A stretch of 64,000 nt of DNA, taken from NCBI GenBank assembly GCA_963755915.1, contig CAVWLP010000002.1:3840001-3904000 (forward strand), read 5' to 3'. Under the pieces are notes generated by a model, which saw nothing but the letters and a program-made list of their open reading frames with translations, did no database searches and had not been told where the DNA came from. The position numbers and the translations under genes were made by a program. This stretch comes from an uncultured Phycisphaerales bacterium. Its GTDB lineage: Bacteria > Planctomycetota > Phycisphaerae > Tepidisphaerales > Tepidisphaeraceae. Every line of letters begins with the position of its first letter. Position 1 is the stretch's first letter. Shown piece by piece: positions 55,633-64,000 of the stretch.

Positions 55633-58527
55633 TCACGTCCCGTACTTATCCGTCTTCCACGGATCCACCCCGTTGGCGCGCATCACCGGATCCGCCCATA
55701 TCCGCTCGCGCGGATAGTTGAAATATCCGGTGAGCCGTTTGAGATACGAAATTGCCCGCGCCGTTTGTCCGCGATCGATCAAGTATCGTCCCATCAGCCC
55801 CAGAATCGCCTGCTGGTCTGAGTCGGGCCGCCCTTTCATCAGCTTCTCAACCGCATTCGCATCCGGTCCGTCGGGCGAATTCGATTCCATTGCCGTCCGA
55901 AACAAATCCATGAAATCGCAAAGCGGCGCCTCGGTCCGCGGAAGCACTGAAATCTGATCCAGCGCGGCATTCCGGGCCGTCGTATCGTGCAGCTCATCCT
56001 CAATGCACGCGACATACATTGCCGACACCGGACCCGGAACCTGCCTCATGCGCTGCCTGTACGTCGCCAGGGCGTCCGTCAATTGATCCTGACTAAGCCG
56101 AATGTCCCCCATGATCATCAGCTCGTCGAGATCCAGATTCCCACGGCCCGCATAATAATCCATGAGCCCCCGCCGCGCCGAAGCGAGATCGCCATGCCCG
56201 GTCCGGCTGCACCAGCAGAACCAGTTCAGCGGCGTCTCCGAATAGTGGCTCATCTCCTCGGTGAACATCTGCTCGGCCGTCGAAAAATCGCCGATGCCCG
56301 AGTGCGCCTGCGCCGCCGTGAACATGCCCGGCGCCGAGGCCGTCTGCGCCGCCGCGTCCGCGTAGGGAAGTGCGCTGCGAAAGTCGTGGTTGTCCATGTA
56401 ATACCCGGCGATTTCCTCCTGAACCTGCGAAGCTTGAAGCCCGTAATCCACCCCGTGATTCAGGTAGTCGTTCAATGTCGCCAGCCACTTGTCGTTTTTC
56501 TTCTGATCCTTAAAAACGTTGGCCAGATCTTCATATCCGTCCCGGTCGGGCGAGACCGCGATATATTTGCGGAAACAGCGCTCCGCGTCGGCCCAGCGGC
56601 GCTGATGGTAATACGCCAGTCCCAGCGCCATTGAGACCGAGGGATAATCTCCGTGCTGCGCCTCATATTGCGCTGCCTTTGCCGCGTTGAATCCTTGCGT
56701 GATATCAAACGCCTGCAGCGTCGGCGACCGGGGACTCACCTTCCGCAGATGGGCCAGCTCATCAGTAATCCAGGGATAGGCTGCCGACTCCCGGGCCCAG
56801 TAAATCAGCCCCTCGATATCCGTCGCATCGTAATCCGAGTTCCTTATGATTTGCTGCCAGAACGCAGCAGAACTGGGCGCGCCCTTGCCCTGGTAACCGC
56901 TTTCCACGGTATAGATCGGAAGCTGCCTGCGCGTGCACGTCGCCAGCACGAATTTCGGTTCCATGAGCGCGAGCCCCACGCCCTTCGGGTTGGGTGCGTT
57001 GAAGTACGCCATGCCTAACGCGTCGATGAAATATTTAAACGGATGGTCCATGATCAACGCGCGCGCCTGCGAAACATAATCGCACGCGTCCACGCCCCAT
57101 TGCTGCGAAATCAGATTTGCCTGCCGGAAAACGTGCACGAACGTCGTCTCCTGCACCAGTCTCCCCAGCGCCGCCCATGACGGCTCGGCATTGTCGGTCT
57201 GCGGCGAGCCCCTCCGAATCAGCTCCTGGCAAATGATCTCCCGCGCGTCGCCTTTTGGATTGCCCCCGGGCTTTCTAAACCCCTCGATCTGGTCGGTCAT
57301 ATCCTGCGGAAACGCCGGCATCGCCTCCAGCCGCTGCACGAGCAGCGGGCTGAATACTTGCGCCCCTTCATAGCTCAATTGGTTCAGCATCCCCGGCCCG
57401 GTTTGATCGCACATCGCGTCGATCAGCCGCTGGCAGGATGGATTTACCGTAAACGCCGCCTGGGCGAAGTTCATAATCGCCCCCTGGCTTCCGCTGTTCT
57501 CCACCGTAAGAAATGCCATGAACGTTCCCAGGTGCGAAAGCGCCGGGTCCCCCGTCGCCAGGTCGACGAGCCTCCCCGTCTTGTAATCGCACAGCGGCTC
57601 CAGCAACGCCACCCATTTCGGCGGCGTTTCAGCCGGCAACTGTTTCGCCGCTTCCAAATCCTTCGATGCATCCCCCATCATCCCCGCCATCGCCCGCGCA
57701 TAGGCCCGGTCCCACAGCGCCGCGCCGAGTTCGGCTGCTCGACCACCAGCCGCTGCGCATACAGCAGAGACCGCGCTGTGTAGACCGCATATTCCAGGCT
57801 CCAGTGATATCGCGTCAGTTGCCCCAGGTTGGCGTACGCCAGAATCAGCGCTTCCATACGCGCCGGCGATTCGCCGTCGCTCTTGATCGCCGCATGCGTT
57901 TCCCGCAGGAGCCCAAACTGCGACAGCTCCTCCATATCATCCAGCCGTTGCGCCGCATCCGCCGGCGCCGGCGCGTCCGCTTTCACTGCGATCGGATTTC
58001 CCGTCCACCCCGCGCCTTGGAGGCGCTGATACGAATTCCTTTCGCGACATCGCCTCCGCCACCTCAGTCAGCGCATCCAGGTCGGCCGGCCAGGTCTTTT
58101 CGTCATAGACAAGATGCATCCGCACGTACGCCGGCTCCTGGACATCGTGCAAAATCACCTCCGGGTCCTTGAAATCCATCTCCAGCGCATCCCCCGGCGG
58201 GGGATTATCAGGCCACTCGCGCAGCGACGCATCCCGGGTCTGAAGCCCCATCTGATCGCGCGCCGCGATCAGCAACCCCTGCCGAAACAATTCCTTCGCC
58301 AGGTTCCCGCGGAATCGGAACGGAATGTCCACCTGGTTTGCCGCCAGAAAGAGGGTCGATCCCCGCGGCCGCGCCGGACCGGTCAGGTCCTTGGGCCCTG
58401 GCGCGGGCGTCACCATCTCAGCAACAATCATAACCCGATATGTATAAACCGCTCCCCCAACACACAGCAGAAACAAGAGCAGCAAAATCGCCAACCGCCA
58501 CTTCGACCGTCGATTCTTCGATTCCAT
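55633..58527 (-). CDS. Large membrane-anchored TPR-like protein (two frameshifts)
   Basis: Three consecutive minus-strand ORFs; N-terminal TM helix; helical TPR-like repeats. Confidence 0.6.
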
Positions 58528-58560
58528 CGCCTGCCTCCGACATGCCCCAGCCGCTGGCGA

Positions 58561-59100
58561 TCATACCACAAAGCCCAAAAACTCCACCCGCATCGACCCA
58601 TAGTCTCTCACATCCACTGCCCGCAGATTCTCGAACGCTAGTTCATCTCCCCCCTCATGCCGAAACACAACCAGCCCGCCGGTGGAAATTGGAATTCTTC
58701 GCATCAGCTCCGCAAGCTCCCGCGCTTTCTCAGTCACGAATCGGTAGGGGGGATCCAGAAAAACGAGATCCGCCTTCTCCCCCTCAAATCTCGCGCCAAA
58801 TACATCTCCCCTCGCCACCTTCGCCCGATTTCCCACCCTCAGGGCCGCGATATTCTTCTCCAGAAGCCCGATCGCGGATCGGTCCGATTCAAAAAACGTC
58901 GCCCGCATGCACCCCCGGCTCAGCGCCTCCAGCCCCAGGCTCCCCGTCCCCGCAAACAAATCGTAAACAATAGCCTCCTGCAGATACGGCATCAGCACAT
59001 CAAACACCGATTGCTTCGCCCGATCGGTAATCGGCCGGGTTGCCTCCGAAGCCGGTGGCAGGATCTTCCTCCCGCGAAACTCCCCCGCGATGATACGCAT
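58561..59100 (-). CDS. rsmD: 16S rRNA m2G966 methyltransferase
   Basis: MRIIAG..RGR, TRP.TDR, DLFAGTGSLGLEALSRG and DPPY motifs. Confidence 0.95.
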   Translation of the reverse strand: MRIIAGEFRGRKILPPASEATRPITDRAKQSVFDVLMPYLQEAIVYDLFAGTGSLGLEALSRGCMRATFFESDRSAIGLLEKNIAALRVGNRAKVARGDVFGARFEGEKADLVFLDPPYRFVTEKARELAELMRRIPISTGGLVVFRHEGGDELAFENLRAVDVRDYGSMRVEFLGFVV

Positions 59101-59149
59101 CACACAAATGTATCCAACTTTTCCCCTCTTCCGCTAGAATCTGCACCCA

Positions 59150-59647
59150 ATGGCCGACCGCTCCGTCCATTACGAAGCCGCCTTCGAAGCCTTCCTTCGC
59201 GACCGCGGTATCCCCTACGTCGCCGTCGACGAAGCCAAAAAAGCCCTCTTCGCCAACGCCCGCCTCAAATCCTTCGACTTCGTCGTCTACAGCAAAAGAG
59301 GCCCAAATCTCCTTGTCGACGTCAAAGGCCGCTCCTGCCGAAACCGGTCCGATCGCGCCGGCTTCGAAACCTGGGCCACCGAGCAGGACGTCAGAGACCT
59401 CATGGAATGGGAGCAAGTGTTCGGCGACGGCTTCAAAGCCGTATTCATCTTCGTCTACTGGATCGAGCCACCCCTCAGCGCCGACGCCGGCATGTACCAG
59501 CATCATGACAAATGGTACCTGATGATGGGCATTGACCTCGCCGAATACCGCTCCCACATGCGCCGGCGTTCTCCCAAGTGGGAAACGGTCTCCCTTCCCG
59601 CCCAGGAATTTCGCTCGCTTGCCCGCCCGCTGGAAAACTGGTTATGA
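59150..59647 (+). CDS. HYExAFE family protein
   Basis: HYEAAFE, YVAVDE, KSFDF and VDVKGR motifs. Confidence 0.85.
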   Translation: MADRSVHYEAAFEAFLRDRGIPYVAVDEAKKALFANARLKSFDFVVYSKRGPNLLVDVKGRSCRNRSDRAGFETWATEQDVRDLMEWEQVFGDGFKAVFIFVYWIEPPLSADAGMYQHHDKWYLMMGIDLAEYRSHMRRRSPKWETVSLPAQEFRSLARPLENWL

Positions 59648-59898
59648 TTAGGCTCATGCGCAGGAAGTTACTGGCCTTGGTCGTCATGTTTACCATGGTG
59701 GGAGTCGCTCCCCTCTCGGCTCGCGCCGACGATGAGAATTCCACCCCCAAAGACTACGACGGCCGCCTCGACAATTTCGGCAAGAGTGTGACCCTCGACA
59801 ACGGCGGCGCCTCGTTAACCTACTTCGTCTGGGCAGGCCTTGGCGTCCTCGCCTGCATCGGCTTTTTCAAGGACGCCAAGCGGTCTCACCTGGATTGA
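59644..59898 (+). CDS. Small secreted/membrane protein
   Basis: Signal peptide; C-terminal TM followed by FKDAKRSHLD. Confidence 0.6.
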   Translation: MIRLMRRKLLALVVMFTMVGVAPLSARADDENSTPKDYDGRLDNFGKSVTLDNGGASLTYFVWAGLGVLACIGFFKDAKRSHLD

Positions 59899-59989
59899 CG
59901 CCATTAGTTCGTGCTCCCATGTTTATCTCCGGCACCGAATATTCAGCAGCTCAATAAATTCTTCCCCCAACGAGAGGAGGCATCTTCCA

Positions 59990-60283
59990 ATGAAGTCCAC
60001 CATCTTCTGGGCCCTTTTGGGCCTCAACGCCGTCCTGTTGTTCATGTTCGCCGGCCAATTCAATCGCGTCCCCCGCGCTGACGCCCAGTTCCGCCGGCCG
60101 GCGGATTATTTGCTCATCCCCGGCGCCATCAGCACCGGCTCAACGTCCCTCGTCTACATCATCGACGCCACCAACGGCAAACTCGGCGCGATGGCTTATG
60201 ACGACTCCAGCCACACCCTGCAGACGATGCCGTCGATTGACCTGAACCGCATCTACGCCATCGCCCAGGAACAGCAGCACTAA
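59990..60283 (+). CDS. Small exported hypothetical protein
   Basis: GGAG RBS; signal peptide. Confidence 0.6.
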   Translation: MKSTIFWALLGLNAVLLFMFAGQFNRVPRADAQFRRPADYLLIPGAISTGSTSLVYIIDATNGKLGAMAYDDSSHTLQTMPSIDLNRIYAIAQEQQH

Positions 60284-60325
60284 AACGACGATTGTCAATC
60301 TCTTAAACGAATCCCGAGGCTCACC

Positions 60326-60595
60326 ATGGACAAAAAACTCACCGCAATCTGTATCATGACCATCTCGGCCGTCGCCCTGATGATCGCCAATTTCCTCACG
60401 CCCCCGCCCGCCCACGCCGAGGCCCAGGCCATGAACCGCGACTACCAGGCGGTCACCGCCATGATCCCAAGCGGCGGCGAAGGGCTCTACATCGTCGACA
60501 ACCGCACCGGCCTGATCGCCATTTTCACCTACGACCCCAACTCCCGCTCCGTCGTCCCCCGCGCCGCCCGCCCGGTCACCGACGCCTTTAAATGA
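60326..60595 (+). CDS. Small exported hypothetical protein (paralogue of the previous gene)
   Basis: Signal peptide; DY...LYIVD..TG.I....YD shared with the previous gene. Confidence 0.6.
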   Translation: MDKKLTAICIMTISAVALMIANFLTPPPAHAEAQAMNRDYQAVTAMIPSGGEGLYIVDNRTGLIAIFTYDPNSRSVVPRAARPVTDAFK

Positions 60596-61593
60596 ATACG
60601 ACAACTTCCATCCGCACCGACTGGACGCTTGACGAAATCCGCGAGTTGGCCAACCTCGGCCTGCTCGATCTCGTCTTCCGCGCCGCCGCCCTCCATCGCC
60701 AGTTTCATGACCCCGGCGAAGTCCAGATTTGCAAGCTGATCTCCGTCAAAACCGGCGCCTGCCCTGAAGACTGTGCCTATTGCTCCCAGTCTTCCCGCTA
60801 CGAAACCGAGATCAAGCCCACCGCCCTGATGCCGCGCGAGGAAGTCCTGGAGATCGCCCGCCGCGCCCAGGCCGCCGGCGCCAGCCGCGTTTGCCTCGGC
60901 GCCGCCTGGCGCGAGGTCAAGGACAACCAGCAGTTCGAGCGCATCCTGGAAATGGTCCGCGACGTCACCGCCATGGGCCTGGAAGTCTGCTGCACGCTGG
61001 GAATGCTCAGCGAACCCCAGGCCCGCCGCCTCGAAGAAGCCGGCCTGTACGCCTACAACCACAACATCGACACCTCCGAGCATTTCTACGAAACGATCAT
61101 CACCACCCGAAAATTCGCCGACCGCATCAACACCATCCGCCAGGTCCGCAAAACCAACGTCACCGTCTGTTGCGGCGGAATCATCGGCATGGGCGAATCC
61201 CTCGAAGATCGCCTCTCCATGCTGCAAACCCTGGCCACGATGAACCCCCACCCCGAATCCGTACCGATCAACATCCTCGCCAAAGTCCCCGGCACTCCCC
61301 TTGGCGACCGCCCCGACCTCCCCATCTGGGAAACCGTCCGCATGATCGCCCTGGCCCGGCTCCTCATGCCCGCCAGCGTCGTGCGCCTTTCCGCCGGCCG
61401 CGCCAGACTTTCCGTCTCCGATCAGGCCCTGTGCTTCCTTGCGGGTGCAAACTCGATTTTCTCCAGCGACAACGGCCAGATGCTGACGACGGCAGTGCCT
61501 TCCCCGAAATACGATGCCGATGCAAAGCTGATGGAAATCTTCGGCCTGCAGCCCCGCGAGTCGGCCCTCCGCAGCCCAACCCCAACCGCCTAG
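60592..61593 (+). CDS. bioB: Biotin synthase
   Basis: [11 protein letters not shown] radical SAM motif; [29 protein letters not shown] and AGANSIF motifs. Confidence 0.97.
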   Translation: MNTTTSIRTDWTLDEIRELANLGLLDLVFRAAALHRQFHDPGEVQICKLISVKTGACPEDCAYCSQSSRYETEIKPTALMPREEVLEIARRAQAAGASRVCLGAAWREVKDNQQFERILEMVRDVTAMGLEVCCTLGMLSEPQARRLEEAGLYAYNHNIDTSEHFYETIITTRKFADRINTIRQVRKTNVTVCCGGIIGMGESLEDRLSMLQTLATMNPHPESVPINILAKVPGTPLGDRPDLPIWETVRMIALARLLMPASVVRLSAGRARLSVSDQALCFLAGANSIFSSDNGQMLTTAVPSPKYDADAKLMEIFGLQPRESALRSPTPTA

Positions 61594-61607
61594 CGCCCCG
61601 CGAATTT

Positions 61608-61650
61608 TCCCCGCCCCCGGTCACCCGGGGGAGGGTCGGGGAGGGGGCCG
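61608..61650. repeat. REP-like palindrome (SPGTPGEG family)
   Basis: CCCCGCCCCCGGTCACCCGGGGGAGGGTCGGGGAGGGGG. Confidence 0.65.
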
Positions 61651-61665
61651 GAGCAGACAAGCCGT

Positions 61666-62187
61666 TTGATCTACTACAAACGCCCAGTAAAATGCGTACA
61701 CGCGGCCTGCAGCTCCGGCATTATCTCCTCCTCCGCGCGCTCCCTCACCGACGGCTTCCGCTACGGCGTCGGCTGGGCCGATTGCAAAGACGGTGTCGTC
61801 TCCGGCCTCACCTCCGGCCGCATCGAAATCAAATACACCCTCCTCGGCGACGCCAACCTCGACGGCACCGTCAACGGCTCCGACTTCAGCATCCTCGCCG
61901 CCAATTTCGGCAAGGGCCTCACCAACTGGGACCAGGGTAATTTCCTCTACGGCTCCTCCGTCAACGGCTCCGATTTCTCCGCCCTCGCCGCCAACTTCGG
62001 CCAGGGCGACAGCGGCGCGGATGTCGCTGTCTCCCCAGCCGACATCGCCGCGCTGGATGCGTTTGCTATCTCCAACGGCTTGCCGCTGCCGGTGATCGAC
62101 GCGGTGCCGGAGCCGGCGTGCGCAATGACGATGGTCATGGCGATTTCAGGAATCCTTTGTAGGCGGCGACGACCATCGCTCCGTTAG
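61666..62187 (+). pseudogene. C-terminal remnant of a dockerin-like PEP-CTERM protein
   Basis: YTLLGDANLDGTVNGSDF, WDQGNF.Y, VPEP + TM + RRRR; no signal peptide or good start. Confidence 0.65.
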
Positions 62188-62463
62188 CCTGCAAAAAGCA
62201 AAGTCAGTTTTTTGCTTGAGTTCCGTGGTTCGTCCTGTAGGATGCTGCGCCAGAAGCGACTTTTCTCTGTTTCATCCGAAGGACGATCGGCTTTTCTTAA
62301 GGGGTCGGTGTGTCCCTTGGATTCTGCTCCGTATCTCCGGGCCCTTGCGGCCGAAGTGTACCCTGAAGGGTTGCAATCGGCCGCGTTTCTCATCGTTGTT
62401 CAATTGATTTGAGTCTGTCCGTGTCCCATGGGACCCCGACTGCTCATTTTAAAAAGGGGAGTT

Positions 62464-64000
62464 ATGAGGTTTCCTGAATTTCGCGGCGTCCATTCGTCAC
62501 GGTCCCGGACATCCCGCAAGTACGACGGCAAGTTAAGGAACGGTCAGTGGGCGCTGGCTTCGATTGTGGGGGCGATTGCCGCCTCCGCACACGCACAGGC
62601 CGTAAGTTGGGATGTCGATGCCAGCGGCTTATGGACCACCGCCGCCGACTGGTCCTCCAGTCCCTCGCTCCCCGGCCCCACCGATAATGTCACCATCGAC
62701 CAGCCCGGATCCGTCACCGTCACGCTCTCCTCGGGCAGTTGGGCGATTGACTCCCTCGTCGAGGATGACACCCTGACCTTCTCCGCCGGAACCCTTGCCG
62801 TCGCCACCTCACTCCAAGTCAACGGCGTCGTCAACTTCAGCGGCGGAACGCTCGAAAATGCCACTCTCTCCACCGGTGCCGCTGGCACAGTCAACATTGC
62901 TTCCTCCATTTTCGATGATGTAGCCCTCGCCTCAAGCTTGGCCCCGAATGGCAATATGTTCATTGAGAACGGCCTGACCCTCGCCGACAGCTCCAAGTTG
63001 AGCATCGAGAACGGGAACAATTTATATATCTATAATGGCAGCCAGAGCATCACCGAGACCGACGGTGGGTCGGGCATCGTGGAGTTCGACGGCACGGGCG
63101 CCGGCAATATCGGCCCTTATCTTGGCTCACCGACACTGACCATCGGCTCAAGCATTACCGTGCAAACCGGCACGGGTTCGGGCAGCATCAGCACCGCCGG
63201 CCTCATTAACCAGGGGATTATCTCCTCCCAGACCAGCGGAAAGACCCTCGCCATTAGCAGCGCGACCCTCACCAATTCGGGCACCCTTGAGGCCACCAAC
63301 GGCGGTGTGTTAAATATTTCGGGGGCAGCCTTCACCAATTCCGGAAGCCTTCTGGCCAGCGATGGCGCGCTGGTTGACTTTACAACCGCCACCGTCAGCC
63401 TCTCGCAACTTGGCAGTTTCAGCGCCGACCCCGCCGGCGCCACCAGCGCCGGCACCATTGAAATCGCCGGCACCCTCAATAACACTGGATTGACTCTCGC
63501 TCTCACTGGCGGAGCCGACTCCCTGCTGATCCCCGGCACCATCCAGGGTGGAACCATTTCCACCCTCACTGGGCTGACATTCACCGGCACCACCATCTTC
63601 GACGGCGTGACTCTTGGCACGAGCCTGGCGATGAATGCAAATTTGTTCATCGAGGATGGCCTCACCCTGGCCAACAGTTCCAAGTTGAGCATCGAGAACG
63701 GGGAGAGTTTGTATATCTATAACGGCAGCCAGAGCATCACCGAGACAGACGGCGGGTCCGGCATCGTGGAGTTCGACGGCACGGGCGCCGGCAATATCGG
63801 TCCTTACATTGGCTCACCGACCCTGACGATCGGCTCAAGCATCACCGTGCAAACCGGCACCGGCTCCGGCAGCATCAGCACCGCGGGCCTGATCAACCAG
63901 GGAATCATCTCCTCCCAGACCAATGGAAAGACCCTCACCATCAGCAGCGCGACCTTCACCAATTTCGGCGCCCTCCAGGCCACCAATGGGAGTGTGCTTG
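62464..64000 (+). CDS. Large secreted beta-helix/adhesin-like protein, runs off the window
   Basis: RBS AAGGGGAG; signal ending AAHAQ; W...ADWS...LPGPTDNVTI; Gly/Thr/Asn-rich; 687-bp internal repeat. Confidence 0.8.
   Translation, partial: MRFPEFRGVHSSRSRTSRKYDGKLRNGQWALASIVGAIAASAHAQAVSWDVDASGLWTTAADWSSSPSLPGPTDNVTIDQPGSVTVTLSSGSWAIDSLVEDDTLTFSAGTLAVATSLQVNGVVNFSGGTLENATLSTGAAGTVNIASSIFDDVALASSLAPNGNMFIENGLTLADSSKLSIENGNNLYIYNGSQSITETDGGSGIVEFDGTGAGNIGPYLGSPTLTIGSSITVQTGTGSGSISTAGLINQGIISSQTSGKTLAISSATLTNSGTLEATNGGVLNISGAAFTNSGSLLASDGALVDFTTATVSLSQLGSFSADPAGATSAGTIEIAGTLNNTGLTLALTGGADSLLIPGTIQGGTISTLTGLTFTGTTIFDGVTLGTSLAMNANLFIEDGLTLANSSKLSIENGESLYIYNGSQSITETDGGSGIVEFDGTGAGNIGPYIGSPTLTIGSSITVQTGTGSGSISTAGLINQGIISSQTNGKTLTISSATFTNFGALQATNGSVL

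Noticed and set aside
1651-58527. Mass pseudogenisation or programmed frameshifting (13 or more split genes)
   Set aside because: The lesions are small indels in unrelated genes, including essential ffh, with otherwise intact motifs and no shared slippery sites; long-read consensus error is far more likely
329-63986. Many long antisense or overlapping ORFs in the track (e.g. 329-1447, 9360-10790, 33679-34671, 37083-38183)
   Set aside because: Shadow ORFs expected in high-GC DNA, opposite well-supported genes

Overview
GC-rich bacterial chromosome segment, probably Planctomycetota (Phycisphaerae/Tepidisphaera-like). This is inferred from a HYExAFE protein, dockerin-like PEP-CTERM modules, a very long FliD and a planctomycete-type LptD. 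Housekeeping genes include rpsP-trmD-rplS, ffh, glgP, sppA, rph, rsmD, bioB, sod, pmm, moaB, fliD/fliS and tRNA-Glu. Accessory parts are a small defence island (MmeI-like type IIG/IIL RM gene with an in-frame TGA; GIY-YIG-RAMA nuclease), an AaeXAB-like efflux cluster and a complete group II intron inserted in a palindrome. The most notable region is a nested mobile structure beside tRNA-Glu. A short palindromic REP is split by a ~450-bp foldback MITE-like element (3 copies within 5.6 kb), which is itself split by an IS110/IS1111-type element. The 3' non-coding region of that IS carries readable bridge-RNA-like guide segments that match its insertion site in the MITE. At least 13 genes, including essential ffh, carry apparent small-indel frameshifts, most likely long-read assembly errors.
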